NCBI GenBank assembly: GCA_963823555.1
Contig: CAWGMA010000004.1
Span: 544,001-608,000 of the forward strand
Length of the DNA: 64,000 nucleotides
Source of the DNA: Candidatus Eiseniibacteriota bacterium
Lineage (GTDB): Bacteria; Eisenbacteria; RBG-16-71-46; CAVPCR01
Direction: 5' to 3'
Part shown: in pieces, positions 10,127 through 20,918 of the stretch
How positions within the stretch are numbered: the stretch's first letter is position 1
How the letters are laid out: the number at the start of each line of letters is the position of its first letter
Notes under the pieces: model-generated
Seen by the model: only the letters and a program-made list of their open reading frames with translations
What the model was told of the DNA's origin: nothing
Database searches by the model: none
Made by a program: the position numbers and the translations under genes

Positions 10127-11025
10127 TCAGACTCCAACTGCTGCCGCGCCATATCGAGCGCGCGCATTCCTTCGGCGCTGACCTCCGGATACCGGAGGTC
10201 GAGTCCCTCGATCGTCCTCGCCAGGATGTCAGCCACCACGGCGCGGGTGACCCACTTGTGATCGGCGGGGACAATGTACCAGGGGGCCCACTCGGTGCTC
10301 GTCGCGGTCAAGGCCTCTTCATAGGCCTCCACGTACTCATCCCAGTGAGCTCGTTCGGCGATATCCGCCGGCGAGAACTTCCAGTGCTTCTTGGGATTGT
10401 CGAGGCGCTTGAGAAAGCGCTGCTTCTGTTCCTCCTTGGAGACATGGAGGAAGAACTTGAGGATCACGGTGCCGTTCCGGGTGAGATGGCGCTCGAAGCC
10501 GTTGATGTCTTCGTAGCGCGCTTGCCAGAAAGCCTGGCTTGGCTCCGCGTGCGGCAGCTTCTGCCGGAGCAGCAGCTCGGGGTGCACGCGGACCACCAGA
10601 ACCTCCTCGTAGTGGGAGCGATTGAAGATCCCGATACGGCCGCGTTCCGGGAGGGCCTTCATACAGCGCCAGAGGAAGTTATGGTCCAGTTCCTCGGGTG
10701 ACGGCTGCTTGAAGCTGTAGACCTGGCATCCCTGCGGGTTCACCCCCGACATCACGTGCTTGATCGTGCTGTCCTTGCCGGCGGCATCCATGGCCTGGAA
10801 GATCAAGAGCAGGGAGTAGGTGTCGCTCGCCCACAGCTTCTCCTGGGCGGATTCGAGGGAGGCGAGGCTCTCCTTGAGGATCTCCTCCGCACGCGCCTTC
10901 ACCTCGTCCTTGCCCAGCTCCTCGAGCTCCTTGGTCTGGGCCCAGCCCGGATCGTAGTCGGAGAGCCTGACGCGTCGATCCGGAGGGACGCGGAACCATC
11001 GCTCGATGACGTCCGGTGTGAGCAA
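10123..11025 (-). CDS. ppk2: Polyphosphate kinase 2 family protein (class III-like)
   Basis: QAMDAAGKD Walker A, FNRSHYE Walker [18 protein letters not shown]. Confidence 0.9.
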   Translation of the reverse strand: MLTPDVIERWFRVPPDRRVRLSDYDPGWAQTKELEELGKDEVKARAEEILKESLASLESAQEKLWASDTYSLLLIFQAMDAAGKDSTIKHVMSGVNPQGCQVYSFKQPSPEELDHNFLWRCMKALPERGRIGIFNRSHYEEVLVVRVHPELLLRQKLPHAEPSQAFWQARYEDINGFERHLTRNGTVILKFFLHVSKEEQKQRFLKRLDNPKKHWKFSPADIAERAHWDEYVEAYEEALTATSTEWAPWYIVPADHKWVTRAVVADILARTIEGLDLRYPEVSAEGMRALDMARQQLESE

Positions 11026-11043
11026 GAGCTGCCTCCTGGCGTT

Positions 11044-12663
11044 CTAAGACGGGAGAGTGACGGTGAAGCTGGCGCCACCGCCCGGTGTGTCGGCCAGACG
11101 CACATCGCCCCCGTGCGCGCGCGCCAGGCTCGCGACCAGAGCCAGGCCGAGTCCGAGACCCGCGGGCGCATTGGGGTCGATCTCGCCGCGAAACGGCTGG
11201 AAGAGATGACGTCGTGTCGCCGGCGGGACTCCGGGCCCGTGGTCGGCCACGGTGAGAGCAACCGCACGCGACCCCGCGGGCCCCACTTCGACGTGGATTC
11301 TGCGATCGCCGCTGTCCCTTGAGTACTTTTCTGCGTTATCCAGTAGATTCTGGAGAATGTGGAACAACGCATCACGGTCGAAGGCCACGGGGGGTAGATC
11401 CTTGTTCGCCCTCAGCTCCACTCGGGCTCCCGCCTCCTCCAGGGTGGGGGAGAGCCGCGCCAGGCACTCCTCCACCGCGGCGGTCAGGTCACCCGGCTTC
11501 GGGTGCACGGTGAGGGCGCTCCGCTCCAGGCGGGCATAGTCCAGCACGTTGCCGACGACGCGGCCGAGGCGCTCCGCTTCCGCGGCAAGGCTGCGGGCAT
11601 AGGAGCGCGCCTGCCCGGGATCACCCAGGCCCTCGGCCAGCATCTCGGCCTGCAGTCGGAGTCCCGAGAGCGGAGTACGCAGCTCATGGGCCGCCGCCGC
11701 AGCGAAACGCGAGCGCTGGCGGGCGAGCCGTTCGGTTTGCCAGACGAGCCCGATCACACAGAGGCCGGCGACCACGGCGGTGCCGGTGCCGAAGAGGAAG
11801 CTCTTGCGGAAGGCGGCCATCGCCGCCTGTCCGCGGTTGCGGGCGGCGGCGATCTCCTCCTCGGCGTCGACCGTAACGCGCCACGTCACACACTCGATCG
11901 GCACGACCGCGGAGCGTTCGGACTCCGCAGAGGGGAGATCCTCCGCGGTGATGTGGGCGGGATATCTCGACCCGCGGACGAGATCGCGGAGGGCCGTCGG
12001 CTCGATCAAGATGCCCTGGATGAGATCACCGCGCGCCGCGGGGACCCGGCGCATCGCCACGAGTTCGAGCTCGCCGCCGAGCCCGACGGTTCGCCACTCC
12101 ATCTCGCTGGGGTCGGGCGGCGCACTCTCTCCATCCACCGGGGCGTCGAGGGCTGCCGTGAGCCGCATCGTCTCGCCGGAGAGTTGGTTGGCGATCGCGA
12201 TCTGTTCCGCTTCCCAGCGGCGGTCGGTTCCCGGGGGCAGCAGGACGCCGCCGCCGGGGCCATGCACGGTCGGCATCGTGAGGCGGGTCCCCGCCTCGTT
12301 CCTCTCGATCTGGAAGTGAGCCAGGATGAGCGGATCGTGAGGACCGTGGGCCAGCGGCGAGGGCGTGACCGAGGCGCAGGCGCAGGAGCTCGTCGGATCG
12401 TGGTAGACATGTTCGTACTGATACGCCGGGCGTCTCGACTCGGCGTAACGGATGGCTTCGAGCCGGCCGGCAAGGCGCTCGGCGAGGCGCAGCGCCTCGT
12501 AGCGTGCGCTCTCTCTGGCCGCTCTCTCCAGCTCGGATGCCTCGCGCCCGGCCGCGCGTGACCCTGCGACATACCAGATGGCGGACGGCACGGCTACGGC
12601 GAGCGCGGTCAGGATGGCGGCGAGGAGCGTCCGGCTCAGGTGGCGGTGGCTGCCCCCGGTCAT
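11044..12663 (-). CDS. Membrane sensor histidine kinase
   Basis: Two TM helices; AHELRTPL H-box, NLLDNAEKY N-box, DHGPG and GLGLGL G-boxes; ATG 12663 overlaps the regulator stop. Confidence 0.9.
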   Translation of the reverse strand: MTGGSHRHLSRTLLAAILTALAVAVPSAIWYVAGSRAAGREASELERAARESARYEALRLAERLAGRLEAIRYAESRRPAYQYEHVYHDPTSSCACASVTPSPLAHGPHDPLILAHFQIERNEAGTRLTMPTVHGPGGGVLLPPGTDRRWEAEQIAIANQLSGETMRLTAALDAPVDGESAPPDPSEMEWRTVGLGGELELVAMRRVPAARGDLIQGILIEPTALRDLVRGSRYPAHITAEDLPSAESERSAVVPIECVTWRVTVDAEEEIAAARNRGQAAMAAFRKSFLFGTGTAVVAGLCVIGLVWQTERLARQRSRFAAAAAHELRTPLSGLRLQAEMLAEGLGDPGQARSYARSLAAEAERLGRVVGNVLDYARLERSALTVHPKPGDLTAAVEECLARLSPTLEEAGARVELRANKDLPPVAFDRDALFHILQNLLDNAEKYSRDSGDRRIHVEVGPAGSRAVALTVADHGPGVPPATRRHLFQPFRGEIDPNAPAGLGLGLALVASLARAHGGDVRLADTPGGGASFTVTLPS

Positions 12664-13346
12664 GGCTTGCCCCAGGCGTACCCCACGCCCTTCACGGTGA
12701 GGATGATCCGCGGCTCGGCCGGATTGCGTTCGATCTTCTGCCGCAGGTTGGCGATCGTCATGTCCACGGTCCGCGTGTTGAGGTCCCCGGGTACGTCCCA
12801 GATCTTCTCGAGCATCTCGGCCCTGGTCACGGCACGCGTGCGCTGGGAGTAGAGCAGACGCAGGATCCGCACTTCCTTGTCGGTCAAGGCCATGAGCATG
12901 CCGGCGCGCTGGGCTTCGTGGCGCCCGAGGTCGAGCTCGCAATCATCGACCAGAAGGCGGTCGACCACGGGCCGGGTGGCGCCGATCCGCCGCTCGGCCG
13001 CTTCGATGCGAGCCATCAGCTCGCGGGCACCGAAGGGCTTGGTCACATAGTCATCGGCGCCGCTCCCCAGGCCTTCGACCTTGTCGTCCTCGGAGCCGCG
13101 CGCGGTGAGCATGATCACGGTGAGCTGCGGGCGGCGCCCCTTGAGCCGGCGGCACACCTCGTCACCGTCGAGTCGGGGCAGCATGCGATCGAGGAGCACG
13201 AGGTCGAACGCCCCGGCAAGTCCGCGGGTCACCGCCGTCTCCCCGTCACCGACGGCCTCCACCGTGTGACCGGCACCCGACAGGAGATCGGAGAGCGCCC
13301 GCCTGAGCCCGGGCTCGTCTTCGACGACGAGGACTTTGATGGCCAT
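12660..13346 (-). CDS. OmpR-family response regulator
   Basis: VLVVEDE, LLDRMLP, GADDYVTKPF, C-terminal wHTH ILTVKGVGY. Confidence 0.93.
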   Translation of the reverse strand: MAIKVLVVEDEPGLRRALSDLLSGAGHTVEAVGDGETAVTRGLAGAFDLVLLDRMLPRLDGDEVCRRLKGRRPQLTVIMLTARGSEDDKVEGLGSGADDYVTKPFGARELMARIEAAERRIGATRPVVDRLLVDDCELDLGRHEAQRAGMLMALTDKEVRILRLLYSQRTRAVTRAEMLEKIWDVPGDLNTRTVDMTIANLRQKIERNPAEPRIILTVKGVGYAWGKP

Positions 13347-13575
13347 CCGCGATTCACCCTGAGTATCCGGCTTGCCGGCCCGCTGGGATCGTTGCCGCCG
13401 ACCGACTGCCTGTGGAGCGCGCCGCCCGGCGGAAAGCGCGAACCCGCCCGCCGCGAAGCCTAGCACACCCCTCGTGTCATCGAGCGCGATGCTGGGGGGC
13501 GATCGTCCCTGGAGATGGCCACTTGCCGGAGGTGCGTAGGCGGTTCACCATGATGGGTGTTCCGAGGAGGGACCC

Positions 13576-14352
13576 TTGCTCGAATCCCGTGACGACCATC
13601 TGCAAGACCCGGCCCGTGCCTGGTCCGGTTACTTCACCGGAGCGGCTCTCGACTCCTGGCGCGCCGCCAACCCGCCGGCCACGAGTCGCGCCGAGGCCGA
13701 TTTCATCCGCCGTGTGCTCGAGCCGAGGCCCGGCGCCAGGATCCTGGATGTCCCTTGCGGAGACGGCCGATTGCTGCTCGAGCTCGCTCGTGACGGTCTG
13801 GGCGGAGTCGGCGTCGACCTGGGGGCGGAACAGATCGCCGCGGCTCGGCGGGCGGCGGCGGAGCAGGCGCTCACGACGGTCGATTTCGAGATGCGCGACA
13901 TGCGCGACTTGCCGTGGGAACGGGCATTCGACGGTGTGATCTGCTTCGGCAACAGCTTCGGTTACCTCACCGATGACGACAACTTCGCGTTCCTCTGCGC
14001 TGTCGAGCGAGTGCTCGTGCCGGGGGGGCGCTTCGTCCTCGACACCCGGCATGTGGTCGAGGCCTTCCCGCCGCCCTTCGAACCCCGCACCACATACCGG
14101 ACCGGGAGTGTGCTCGTCATGCTCGAGCACACCTTCGATGCAAGGACCTGCCGCGTGGAAGCGACCTCCACCTTCGTCCAGGGTGGGCGCATCGAGCGGC
14201 GATACTGCTCGTATCGCGTTTACGAGTACGCGGAGCTGAGCGCACTCCTCACCGGCGCCGGGTTCAGCGCGCTGCGCGGGTTCGGCGATCTTTCGGCTCA
14301 GCCGTACGCGCCTGAGGATGACCGGCTATTGTTGCTCGCGACGAGGGCTTAG
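13576..14352 (+). CDS. Class I SAM-dependent methyltransferase
   Basis: ILDVPCGDGR motif I, DMRDL, FGNSFGY, LVPGGRFVLD; RBS GAGGAGG before TTG. Confidence 0.88.
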   Translation: MLESRDDHLQDPARAWSGYFTGAALDSWRAANPPATSRAEADFIRRVLEPRPGARILDVPCGDGRLLLELARDGLGGVGVDLGAEQIAAARRAAAEQALTTVDFEMRDMRDLPWERAFDGVICFGNSFGYLTDDDNFAFLCAVERVLVPGGRFVLDTRHVVEAFPPPFEPRTTYRTGSVLVMLEHTFDARTCRVEATSTFVQGGRIERRYCSYRVYEYAELSALLTGAGFSALRGFGDLSAQPYAPEDDRLLLLATRA

Positions 14353-15400
14353 CCTGGATCGTCCGTTGCTCGAGGTCCAGGAGCCGCCTCTTGCGCCACA
14401 CGCCACCGCCGTAGCCGCCCAGCTCGCCGTTCTTGTTCACGACGCGATGGCAGGGAATCAGGATGGCGAGACGGTTCTGGCCGTTGGCCCGCCCGACCGC
14501 TCGCGCCGCGCCGGGTTGTCCCAGATCTCGCGCCAGCTCGACGTAGGAGCGGACCTCCCCATAGGGGATCGCGCGCAACCGGCTCCAGACCCGCTGCTGA
14601 AAGTCCGTTCCCGGGCTCTCGGTCGGCACCGTGAAAGTGGTCCGCCTGCCGGCGAAGTAATCGCCCAGCTCCTCGCGCAGCAACTCGAGATGCGGGTTCG
14701 TGCCGGGGACGATCGCGCAGCGGAAGACCTGCTTGAGCGCGGCGAGCTGGGTCTCGAGCCGGCGCGGCTCGCTGAACTCGAGGAGGCAGATCCCGCGCGG
14801 CGTGGCGCCCGCGATCAGGGGACCGAGCGGACTCTCGATCGTCGCCGTCCAGATGCAGCTCGCATCGCGGCTCGCTCCGGGCGGCCGGCCGTGGACCTTC
14901 TTGTAGGCGTCCCGGAAGCCGCTATGGGATTCGAAACCGCTTCCGAGCGCGACTTCGTCCAGCGCGACCCCGGCGCGTAGCTCCGCCAGCGCCGCTCCGA
15001 TCCGGCGTCTCCGGCAGTAGGCCTGGAAGGTGAGGCCGAAGTGCCGCTGGAAGTAGCGGCGGGCACGGGCGGGATCGATCCCGCGGCGCTTCATGTCGGC
15101 GTCCCGGAGCCTGGTCTCGGGCGACCCGGTGACGAGTTCGAGCAGCTCATCGACCCAGTCGGGCGGCTCCCCATCGGTATCCAGCGGGCGGCAGCGCAGG
15201 CACGGTCGGAAGCCTGCCCCCAGGGCCTCCCGTGCGGTGATGAAGAAGGCCATGTTCTCCGCTCGCGGCTTCCGCGCCGGGCAGGATGGGCGGCAGAAGA
15301 TGCCGGTCGTCCGGACGGCGAGGAAGAACGTGCCGTCGTAGGCGGCGTCGCGAGCGACGACGGCTCGCTCCATCTCAGAACGCGGGGGTAGTGGACTCAT
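14264..15400 (-). CDS. ada: Bifunctional Ada regulator / O6-methylguanine-DNA methyltransferase
   Basis: TTGIFCRPSCPA and GFRPCLRC Zn domain, AraC-type HTH, catalytic IPCHRV. Confidence 0.92.
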   Translation of the reverse strand: MSPLPPRSEMERAVVARDAAYDGTFFLAVRTTGIFCRPSCPARKPRAENMAFFITAREALGAGFRPCLRCRPLDTDGEPPDWVDELLELVTGSPETRLRDADMKRRGIDPARARRYFQRHFGLTFQAYCRRRRIGAALAELRAGVALDEVALGSGFESHSGFRDAYKKVHGRPPGASRDASCIWTATIESPLGPLIAGATPRGICLLEFSEPRRLETQLAALKQVFRCAIVPGTNPHLELLREELGDYFAGRRTTFTVPTESPGTDFQQRVWSRLRAIPYGEVRSYVELARDLGQPGAARAVGRANGQNRLAILIPCHRVVNKNGELGGYGGGVWRKRRLLDLEQRTIQAKPSSRATIAGHPQARTAEPKDRRTRAAR

Positions 15401-15593
15401 GACGTCATCGTAGCGGGGTCGCGCACCGGAGCTCCACCGAGATCTGGACATCGAATTCGCCTCTGCCGGGGGTGCCCGGAACCCCTCGGGGGCGCCTCGC
15501 GAGGCCCCCCCCGATTGCAGCGGGTGAGCGGGGAGAGTAAGCTTCCCGCCCATCTTGTGCTGTCCCCGCTGATTTCCCAGAAGGATCCACCGC

Positions 15594-18500
15594 ATGCGAC
15601 TCTTCGCATCCTCCGCCGTGCTCGCCTTTGCTCTCGCGCTGGCCCATCCGGCGGCAGCCGCCCCCGGTTACCTGCGCTACCCCGACATCCTGGGCAACAT
15701 GATCGTGTTCGTCGCCGAGTCCGATCTCTGGTTGACGTCCGATCGGGGCGGTGCCAGCCGCCGCTTGACCACCTACGAGGGCAGTGAGTACTTCCCCCGC
15801 TTCTCGCCGGACGGCCTCGAGATCGCGTTCACCGGCGAGTACGACGGCAACCGTGATGTCTACTTGGTCGCCATCGGCGGTGGCGAGCCGCGTCGCCTCA
15901 CCTGGCATCCGGGATCCGACGATGTCGTGGGCTGGACCCCCGATGGGGCGCATGTGCTCTTCCGTTCCAGTCGGGACCATCCGCAGGGAAGCACCGAGCT
16001 CTTCTCGGTGCCGCGCGCCGGAGGCGACCCGGAGAAGATGCCGCTCGGCTACGCGGGGCTCATCGACATCGACCGCTCGAGCGGCATGTGGGCCTTCACC
16101 CGCAGCACCTATTCCGAGGCGGCCTCATGGAAGCGCTACCGCGGCGGTTCAGCCACCGACATCTGGGTGGGCCATCCGGAACGGGACGACTTCAAGAAGG
16201 TGACGACCTTTCCCGGGCCCGACGGCTTTCCGATGTGGCATGCGGGGCGCATCTACTTCCTCACCGACCAGGGAGGCACGGCCAACATCTGGTCGATGCG
16301 TCCCGACGGCTCCGACCGCCGGCAGCACACCGATCTCGGGCCGTGGGACGCTCGCTACCCGGCCATGGGGCCGGATGGTCGCATCGTCTTCATGCTCGGC
16401 GGCGATATCCATCTCTTCGATCCGGCGACCAATGAGGAGCGCAAGCTGGAGATCGATGTGCCCAGCGAACGCACCTTGACGCGCGTCCGCTATCCCGGTG
16501 CCGAGCGCTATGTCGAGTGGTTCGATCTGGCTCCCGATGGTGATCGTGTCGCCCTGGTCGCCCGTGGCGAGCTGTTCGTGATCCCGGTCAAGAAGGATGG
16601 AGTGGGAGGTGTGACGCTGGGGATTTCCCGCGGCAGCGGCGCCCGGGAGAAAGTCGCTCGCTTCGATGCCACGGGTGAGCATCTGCTCTACGTGAGCGAC
16701 ACGACCCGCGAGGAGCGGATCTACTCCATCGATGCCTGGGGGCGGGGGGAGGCCCGTGGCGTCACGCCCGACCGCGAGGACACGGGCTGGCACTACGCGC
16801 CGCTCTTTTCTCCAGACGGCAAGTGGATTGCCTACAGCGACAACACGCAGACGCTGTGGATTGTCCCCGCCGCCGGCGGCGAGCCCAGACGCGTGGACCA
16901 GAGCGAGCAGATGGAGATCCTCCAGTACGCCTGGAGCCCCGATGGCCGCTGGCTGGCCTACGCCAAGGCCGGGCGCACCGAGTTCTCCTCGATCTACATC
17001 CATGACGTGCGTCGGACCGAGACCCATGCCGTCACCGGACCCTCGACCAGCGACTGGTGGCCGACCTGGGATCCCGAGGGCCGCTATCTCTACTTCCTCT
17101 CGGAGCGCATCGTGGATCCGGTCCTGGGCCTCGGATCCCGCGACTTCTCCAACGTCGAGCTCGGCACCATGAAGCCCTATCTCCTTCTCCTCCGCAAGGA
17201 CGCCAAGGACCCATTCGCGCCCCTGGCCGGCCTCCCGGAGAGCGAGTCCGAGAAGAAGGAGCGCAAGGAAGAGGAGAAGAAGAAGCACGAACGAGAGGAG
17301 GAGGGGGCCGAGCGCGAGGTCGAAGCGGTCGAGATCGACTTCGATGGACTTGCCGGGCGCACGGTCGAGATCCCGATCGATGCCGGCCAGTATGCCGGAC
17401 TTGCGGCCACGGCCGACAAGATCTTCTACCTCTCGGTCCCGGTCGAAGGCATGAGCGAGCAATCCGACGAGGAAAAGCCCAACAAGGATCTCTTCTTCTA
17501 CGATCTCAAGGCCAAGGAGGAGATTGCCTTCATGGAGGGGGTGATGAGCTACACCCTGGCCGCCCGCGCCAACAAGCTCGCGGTGATGAAGAAGAAGGGC
17601 GAGATCTATGTCGTCGATGCCGAGGTGACACCGGAGGTCGAGGATCTCGAGCAGGGGAAGCTCGACCTCGGGAATGTGGTGATCGAGCTCGATCCGCGCG
17701 AGGAATGGGCGCAGATCTTCTACGAGTCGTGGCGTCTCGAGCGTGATTTCTACTGGGACCAGAGCATGGGTGGGGTCGACTGGCGCGCGATGCGCGATCA
17801 ATACGCCACGCTCCTGCCCCGCCTCGGCAGTCGGAGCGATCTGCGCGACCTCATGGCCGAGATGATCGGCGAGCTCTCGACGTCGCACACCTACGTCTGG
17901 GGTGGGGACAGCGGGGTCCAGGTGCCGGCGGTGGCCACCGGACTCCTCGGCGCCGACGTCGCCCGCGAGGGGGAGTTCTTCAAGGTCGCGCGCATCTACC
18001 ACGGTGATCCCGCCGACCAGGTGCGCTCACCGCTCCTCGAGCCGGGAGTGGAGGTGAAGGAAGGCGATTACGTCCTCGCCGTGAATCGCCGGCCGTTCAC
18101 TCCCGGCGAGCCGTTCCTGGCGAGCCTCGCCGGTTTCGATGAGAAGCCGGTGATCCTCACCGTCAACTCGCGCCCGAGCCGTGATGGGGCGCGCGATGTC
18201 GTCGTCACGCCGCTCAAGAACGAACGCGACCTGCGCTATGCGGACTGGGTACGGCGGAATCGCGAGTACGTCGCGGAGAAGACCGGCGGCAAGATCGGCT
18301 ACATCCACCTGCCCGACATGGACACGGCCGGCCTCACGCAGTTCGACACCTGGTTCTATCCGCAGCTCGACAAGGAGGGCATGATCGTCGATGCGCGCTG
18401 GAACGGCGGCGGCTTCGTCTCACAGCTCATTCTCGAGCGGCTCAGGCGGAAGATCGTGAGCTTCGACCGCTCGCGGGCTGGCGGGGTCTACTCCTATCCC

Positions 18501-18920
18501 TACCGCACGCTCAACGGGCCGTTCGTCGTCCTCACCAACGAGTTCGCCGGTTCGGACGGCGACATCTTCCCGATGGCGGTGCAGCTCGAGAAGCTGGCGC
18601 CCGTGATCGGCACCCGCTCCTGGGGTGGGGTCGTGGGCATCCGGGGCGACAAGCCGCTCGTCGACGGCGGGATGCTCACCCAGCCCGAATACGCGTGGTG
18701 GGATCCGCACCTGGGCTGGGGTCTCGAGAACCGCGGCGTCGTGCCGGACATCGAGATCGACAACCTGCCGCAGGAAGTAGCACGCGGGATCGACAGCCAG
18801 CTCGATCGCGGCATCCAGGAGGTGCTGCGATTGCACGAGGTCTCGCCGCCGGTGAAGCCGGAGTTCGGTCCCGTGAGGCCGCGTTCGCGCGATGCCTACA
18901 GGCCCGAGCTGGGATCGTGA
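15594..18920 (+). CDS. Tricorn protease homolog (S41) with signal peptide
   Basis: YLRYPDI start, PD40/propeller repeats, PDZ, GYIHLPDM, DARWNGGG, catalytic AGSDGD, GTRSWGG. Confidence 0.93.
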   Translation: MRLFASSAVLAFALALAHPAAAAPGYLRYPDILGNMIVFVAESDLWLTSDRGGASRRLTTYEGSEYFPRFSPDGLEIAFTGEYDGNRDVYLVAIGGGEPRRLTWHPGSDDVVGWTPDGAHVLFRSSRDHPQGSTELFSVPRAGGDPEKMPLGYAGLIDIDRSSGMWAFTRSTYSEAASWKRYRGGSATDIWVGHPERDDFKKVTTFPGPDGFPMWHAGRIYFLTDQGGTANIWSMRPDGSDRRQHTDLGPWDARYPAMGPDGRIVFMLGGDIHLFDPATNEERKLEIDVPSERTLTRVRYPGAERYVEWFDLAPDGDRVALVARGELFVIPVKKDGVGGVTLGISRGSGAREKVARFDATGEHLLYVSDTTREERIYSIDAWGRGEARGVTPDREDTGWHYAPLFSPDGKWIAYSDNTQTLWIVPAAGGEPRRVDQSEQMEILQYAWSPDGRWLAYAKAGRTEFSSIYIHDVRRTETHAVTGPSTSDWWPTWDPEGRYLYFLSERIVDPVLGLGSRDFSNVELGTMKPYLLLLRKDAKDPFAPLAGLPESESEKKERKEEEKKKHEREEEGAEREVEAVEIDFDGLAGRTVEIPIDAGQYAGLAATADKIFYLSVPVEGMSEQSDEEKPNKDLFFYDLKAKEEIAFMEGVMSYTLAARANKLAVMKKKGEIYVVDAEVTPEVEDLEQGKLDLGNVVIELDPREEWAQIFYESWRLERDFYWDQSMGGVDWRAMRDQYATLLPRLGSRSDLRDLMAEMIGELSTSHTYVWGGDSGVQVPAVATGLLGADVAREGEFFKVARIYHGDPADQVRSPLLEPGVEVKEGDYVLAVNRRPFTPGEPFLASLAGFDEKPVILTVNSRPSRDGARDVVVTPLKNERDLRYADWVRRNREYVAEKTGGKIGYIHLPDMDTAGLTQFDTWFYPQLDKEGMIVDARWNGGGFVSQLILERLRRKIVSFDRSRAGGVYSYPYRTLNGPFVVLTNEFAGSDGDIFPMAVQLEKLAPVIGTRSWGGVVGIRGDKPLVDGGMLTQPEYAWWDPHLGWGLENRGVVPDIEIDNLPQEVARGIDSQLDRGIQEVLRLHEVSPPVKPEFGPVRPRSRDAYRPELGS

Positions 18921-19018
18921 GGAGCGAGATGAAGGGTTGCCGCCGGCGTTTCATCTGGCCCGCCCCGGTGGAATGAGGTCCGGACGCTCGCCCGTCCGCT
19001 CGCGAAGTCCGGCCCCCT

Positions 19019-19942
19019 TCACTCCCCGCGGCGCCAGCGCTGGAAGGAGCCGCCCAGGGCGCCGATCGTGCGCGCGGTGCTCACCGCCGCGAGCATGGCG
19101 TCTGGCCTCCGGGTCGCCGTCTTCCCCAGCGTCGAAGCAACTTCCAGCGCTGCTTGCTTGACCAGGAACAGCGGCACTCCGAACAGGGCCCGATCGAACT
19201 TCTCCTGCTCGAAGCGCCCGAACTTGATCCCCGCCAGCAGATTCAGGTGCAGGAAATACCGGCGGTTCATCTTCTCGCAACCAACCCAGTGCTCGATCAC
19301 CATGTCGGGCCGGTACCGCATGCGGGCCCGCTGATCGACGAGGAGGCGGAACATGACGGCATCCGACCCACCTCCCACACCTCTTCCCGCCCGGTTGTAC
19401 CGCGGGTCGAAGCGGAGGCCGGAGCGGAATAGCGATAGCCGGTACGCGATGTTGCCGCTCCATACCGGGGTTCGGTAGTCGCGGATCCAGAAGGGCTCAC
19501 CACCATGATCGACGGACCCGAGGTACTTGAGGAGCTCGTCCCGGAGCCAGGCCGGCCGCGGACCGGGAAAGCGAACGCGAATGGGGCCGCCCGCACACTC
19601 GGCGCCCTCGCGATCGAGGGCGTCGACAGCGGCTTCCAGCCATCCCGGGAGAGGCGCTTCATCGGTGTCGATGAACGCGAGATATGCACTATCCGCGGCC
19701 TCGTCGATGGCGCGATTGCGCGCGTAGGGAATGCCCTGTGCTGTCTCCCGCACGACCTTGATCGGGACGGGACCGTTCCGGCTCATTTCGCGGATGAGCT
19801 CGTCGGTTCCATCCGTCGAGTTGTTGTCGACTACGAGGATCTCCCAGGGGCCATCGAGTGTCTGCGCGGCGAGAACCGGCACAAGCTCGGCAAGCCGGTC
19901 CCGGGCGTTGTATGCGCATATGGCCACGGTGATCCGCTTCAT
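19019..19942 (-). CDS. Glycosyltransferase family 2
   Basis: VAICAYN, VVDNNSTDGT, ARNRAI, FIDTD (DxD). Confidence 0.9.
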   Translation of the reverse strand: MKRITVAICAYNARDRLAELVPVLAAQTLDGPWEILVVDNNSTDGTDELIREMSRNGPVPIKVVRETAQGIPYARNRAIDEAADSAYLAFIDTDEAPLPGWLEAAVDALDREGAECAGGPIRVRFPGPRPAWLRDELLKYLGSVDHGGEPFWIRDYRTPVWSGNIAYRLSLFRSGLRFDPRYNRAGRGVGGGSDAVMFRLLVDQRARMRYRPDMVIEHWVGCEKMNRRYFLHLNLLAGIKFGRFEQEKFDRALFGVPLFLVKQAALEVASTLGKTATRRPDAMLAAVSTARTIGALGGSFQRWRRGE

Positions 19943-20835
19943 GGTTGCCTGGCGCCCAGTCGCGACTTGAGGTGGCGGATGCCATATCTGGCGACATGCC
20001 GCCAGCCCACGGCGTTCTCGGCAAGCGCCAGCTTGCGGGCGAAGGTCGACAGCGAGTCGTCCCAGGTAACCGCGACCCGACGGATCGTGTAACGGTCGTC
20101 ACCGGCCTCGACGAACCCGGCGCGGGTGGCGCAGGCGCCTTCATAACCCGCCGCGATCACCTGGTGGCGAGCGGGCGCGTTCCATCGTCCGTAGGGGTAG
20201 GCGAAAGTGCGGATCGCCGTCGCCAGGCGATCTTCGAGCTCCCTCTTCGAGCCGGCGATCTCATCGTGTAGATCGTCGCCCACAATCTGCGTGAGATCTC
20301 GATGGCGGCGCCCGTGGGAGCCGATCTCGAAGCCGGCCTGGATCATCTCGGCGAGTTCGTCCCGGGTCAGCAGTTCGCGCTCTCTCCGGCCACCGTTGAC
20401 CCATGGGGCAAGCTGGCCGATGAAGTCCGCCACCACGTACCACGTTCCGGTCATGCGGCGATCGAGGAGCGGACGCACCGCACCCTCGTAATTGTTCCGG
20501 TATCCATCATCGAACGTGATGATCACGCGCTTGGTCCCCCGGGCCTGGCCCGGGATCCAATCGGCGATGCGCGTCGTCTTCCAGCCGGTAGCGATGAGGA
20601 GGTCGAGCTGGTGCGCGAAGGCCCGCGCGCGCACGTCGTAGCGCGTGTTGGGTTGCCCGTCGTGGGCCACCACTCCGTGATACATGAGGGCCACGGTCTT
20701 CCGTCCCTCTCCAGGGCCACCGTCTCGCTCTGATGATGCCTTGAGGAGGAGTTGGGAGACCGGATCGATCATGGTGGAGTTGCTGGAAAGCGGTAACGCC
20801 CTCGGTTCGTCATGATCGGCCGGAGGAAGCGCCAT
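19939..20835 (-). CDS. Polysaccharide deacetylase (NodB/CE4); start may be downstream near 20772
   Basis: LMYH, ITFDDGY, EIGSHGRRH, FAYPYG. Confidence 0.88.
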   Translation of the reverse strand: MALPPADHDEPRALPLSSNSTMIDPVSQLLLKASSERDGGPGEGRKTVALMYHGVVAHDGQPNTRYDVRARAFAHQLDLLIATGWKTTRIADWIPGQARGTKRVIITFDDGYRNNYEGAVRPLLDRRMTGTWYVVADFIGQLAPWVNGGRRERELLTRDELAEMIQAGFEIGSHGRRHRDLTQIVGDDLHDEIAGSKRELEDRLATAIRTFAYPYGRWNAPARHQVIAAGYEGACATRAGFVEAGDDRYTIRRVAVTWDDSLSTFARKLALAENAVGWRHVARYGIRHLKSRLGARQP

Positions 20836-20918
20836 CTTGAGGCGGAAGAACCGGGCGGCGCGTCCAGCCCGGCCGGAGGGGCTGTCATTCCGCGGCCGGC
20901 CAACAGGTTACCACACGT

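Noticed and set aside
14264..14352. 89-bp convergent overlap of ada and the methyltransferase as a regulatory device
   Set aside because: The Ada tail after LLDLE looks like a non-conserved extension, common where stop codons are scarce.
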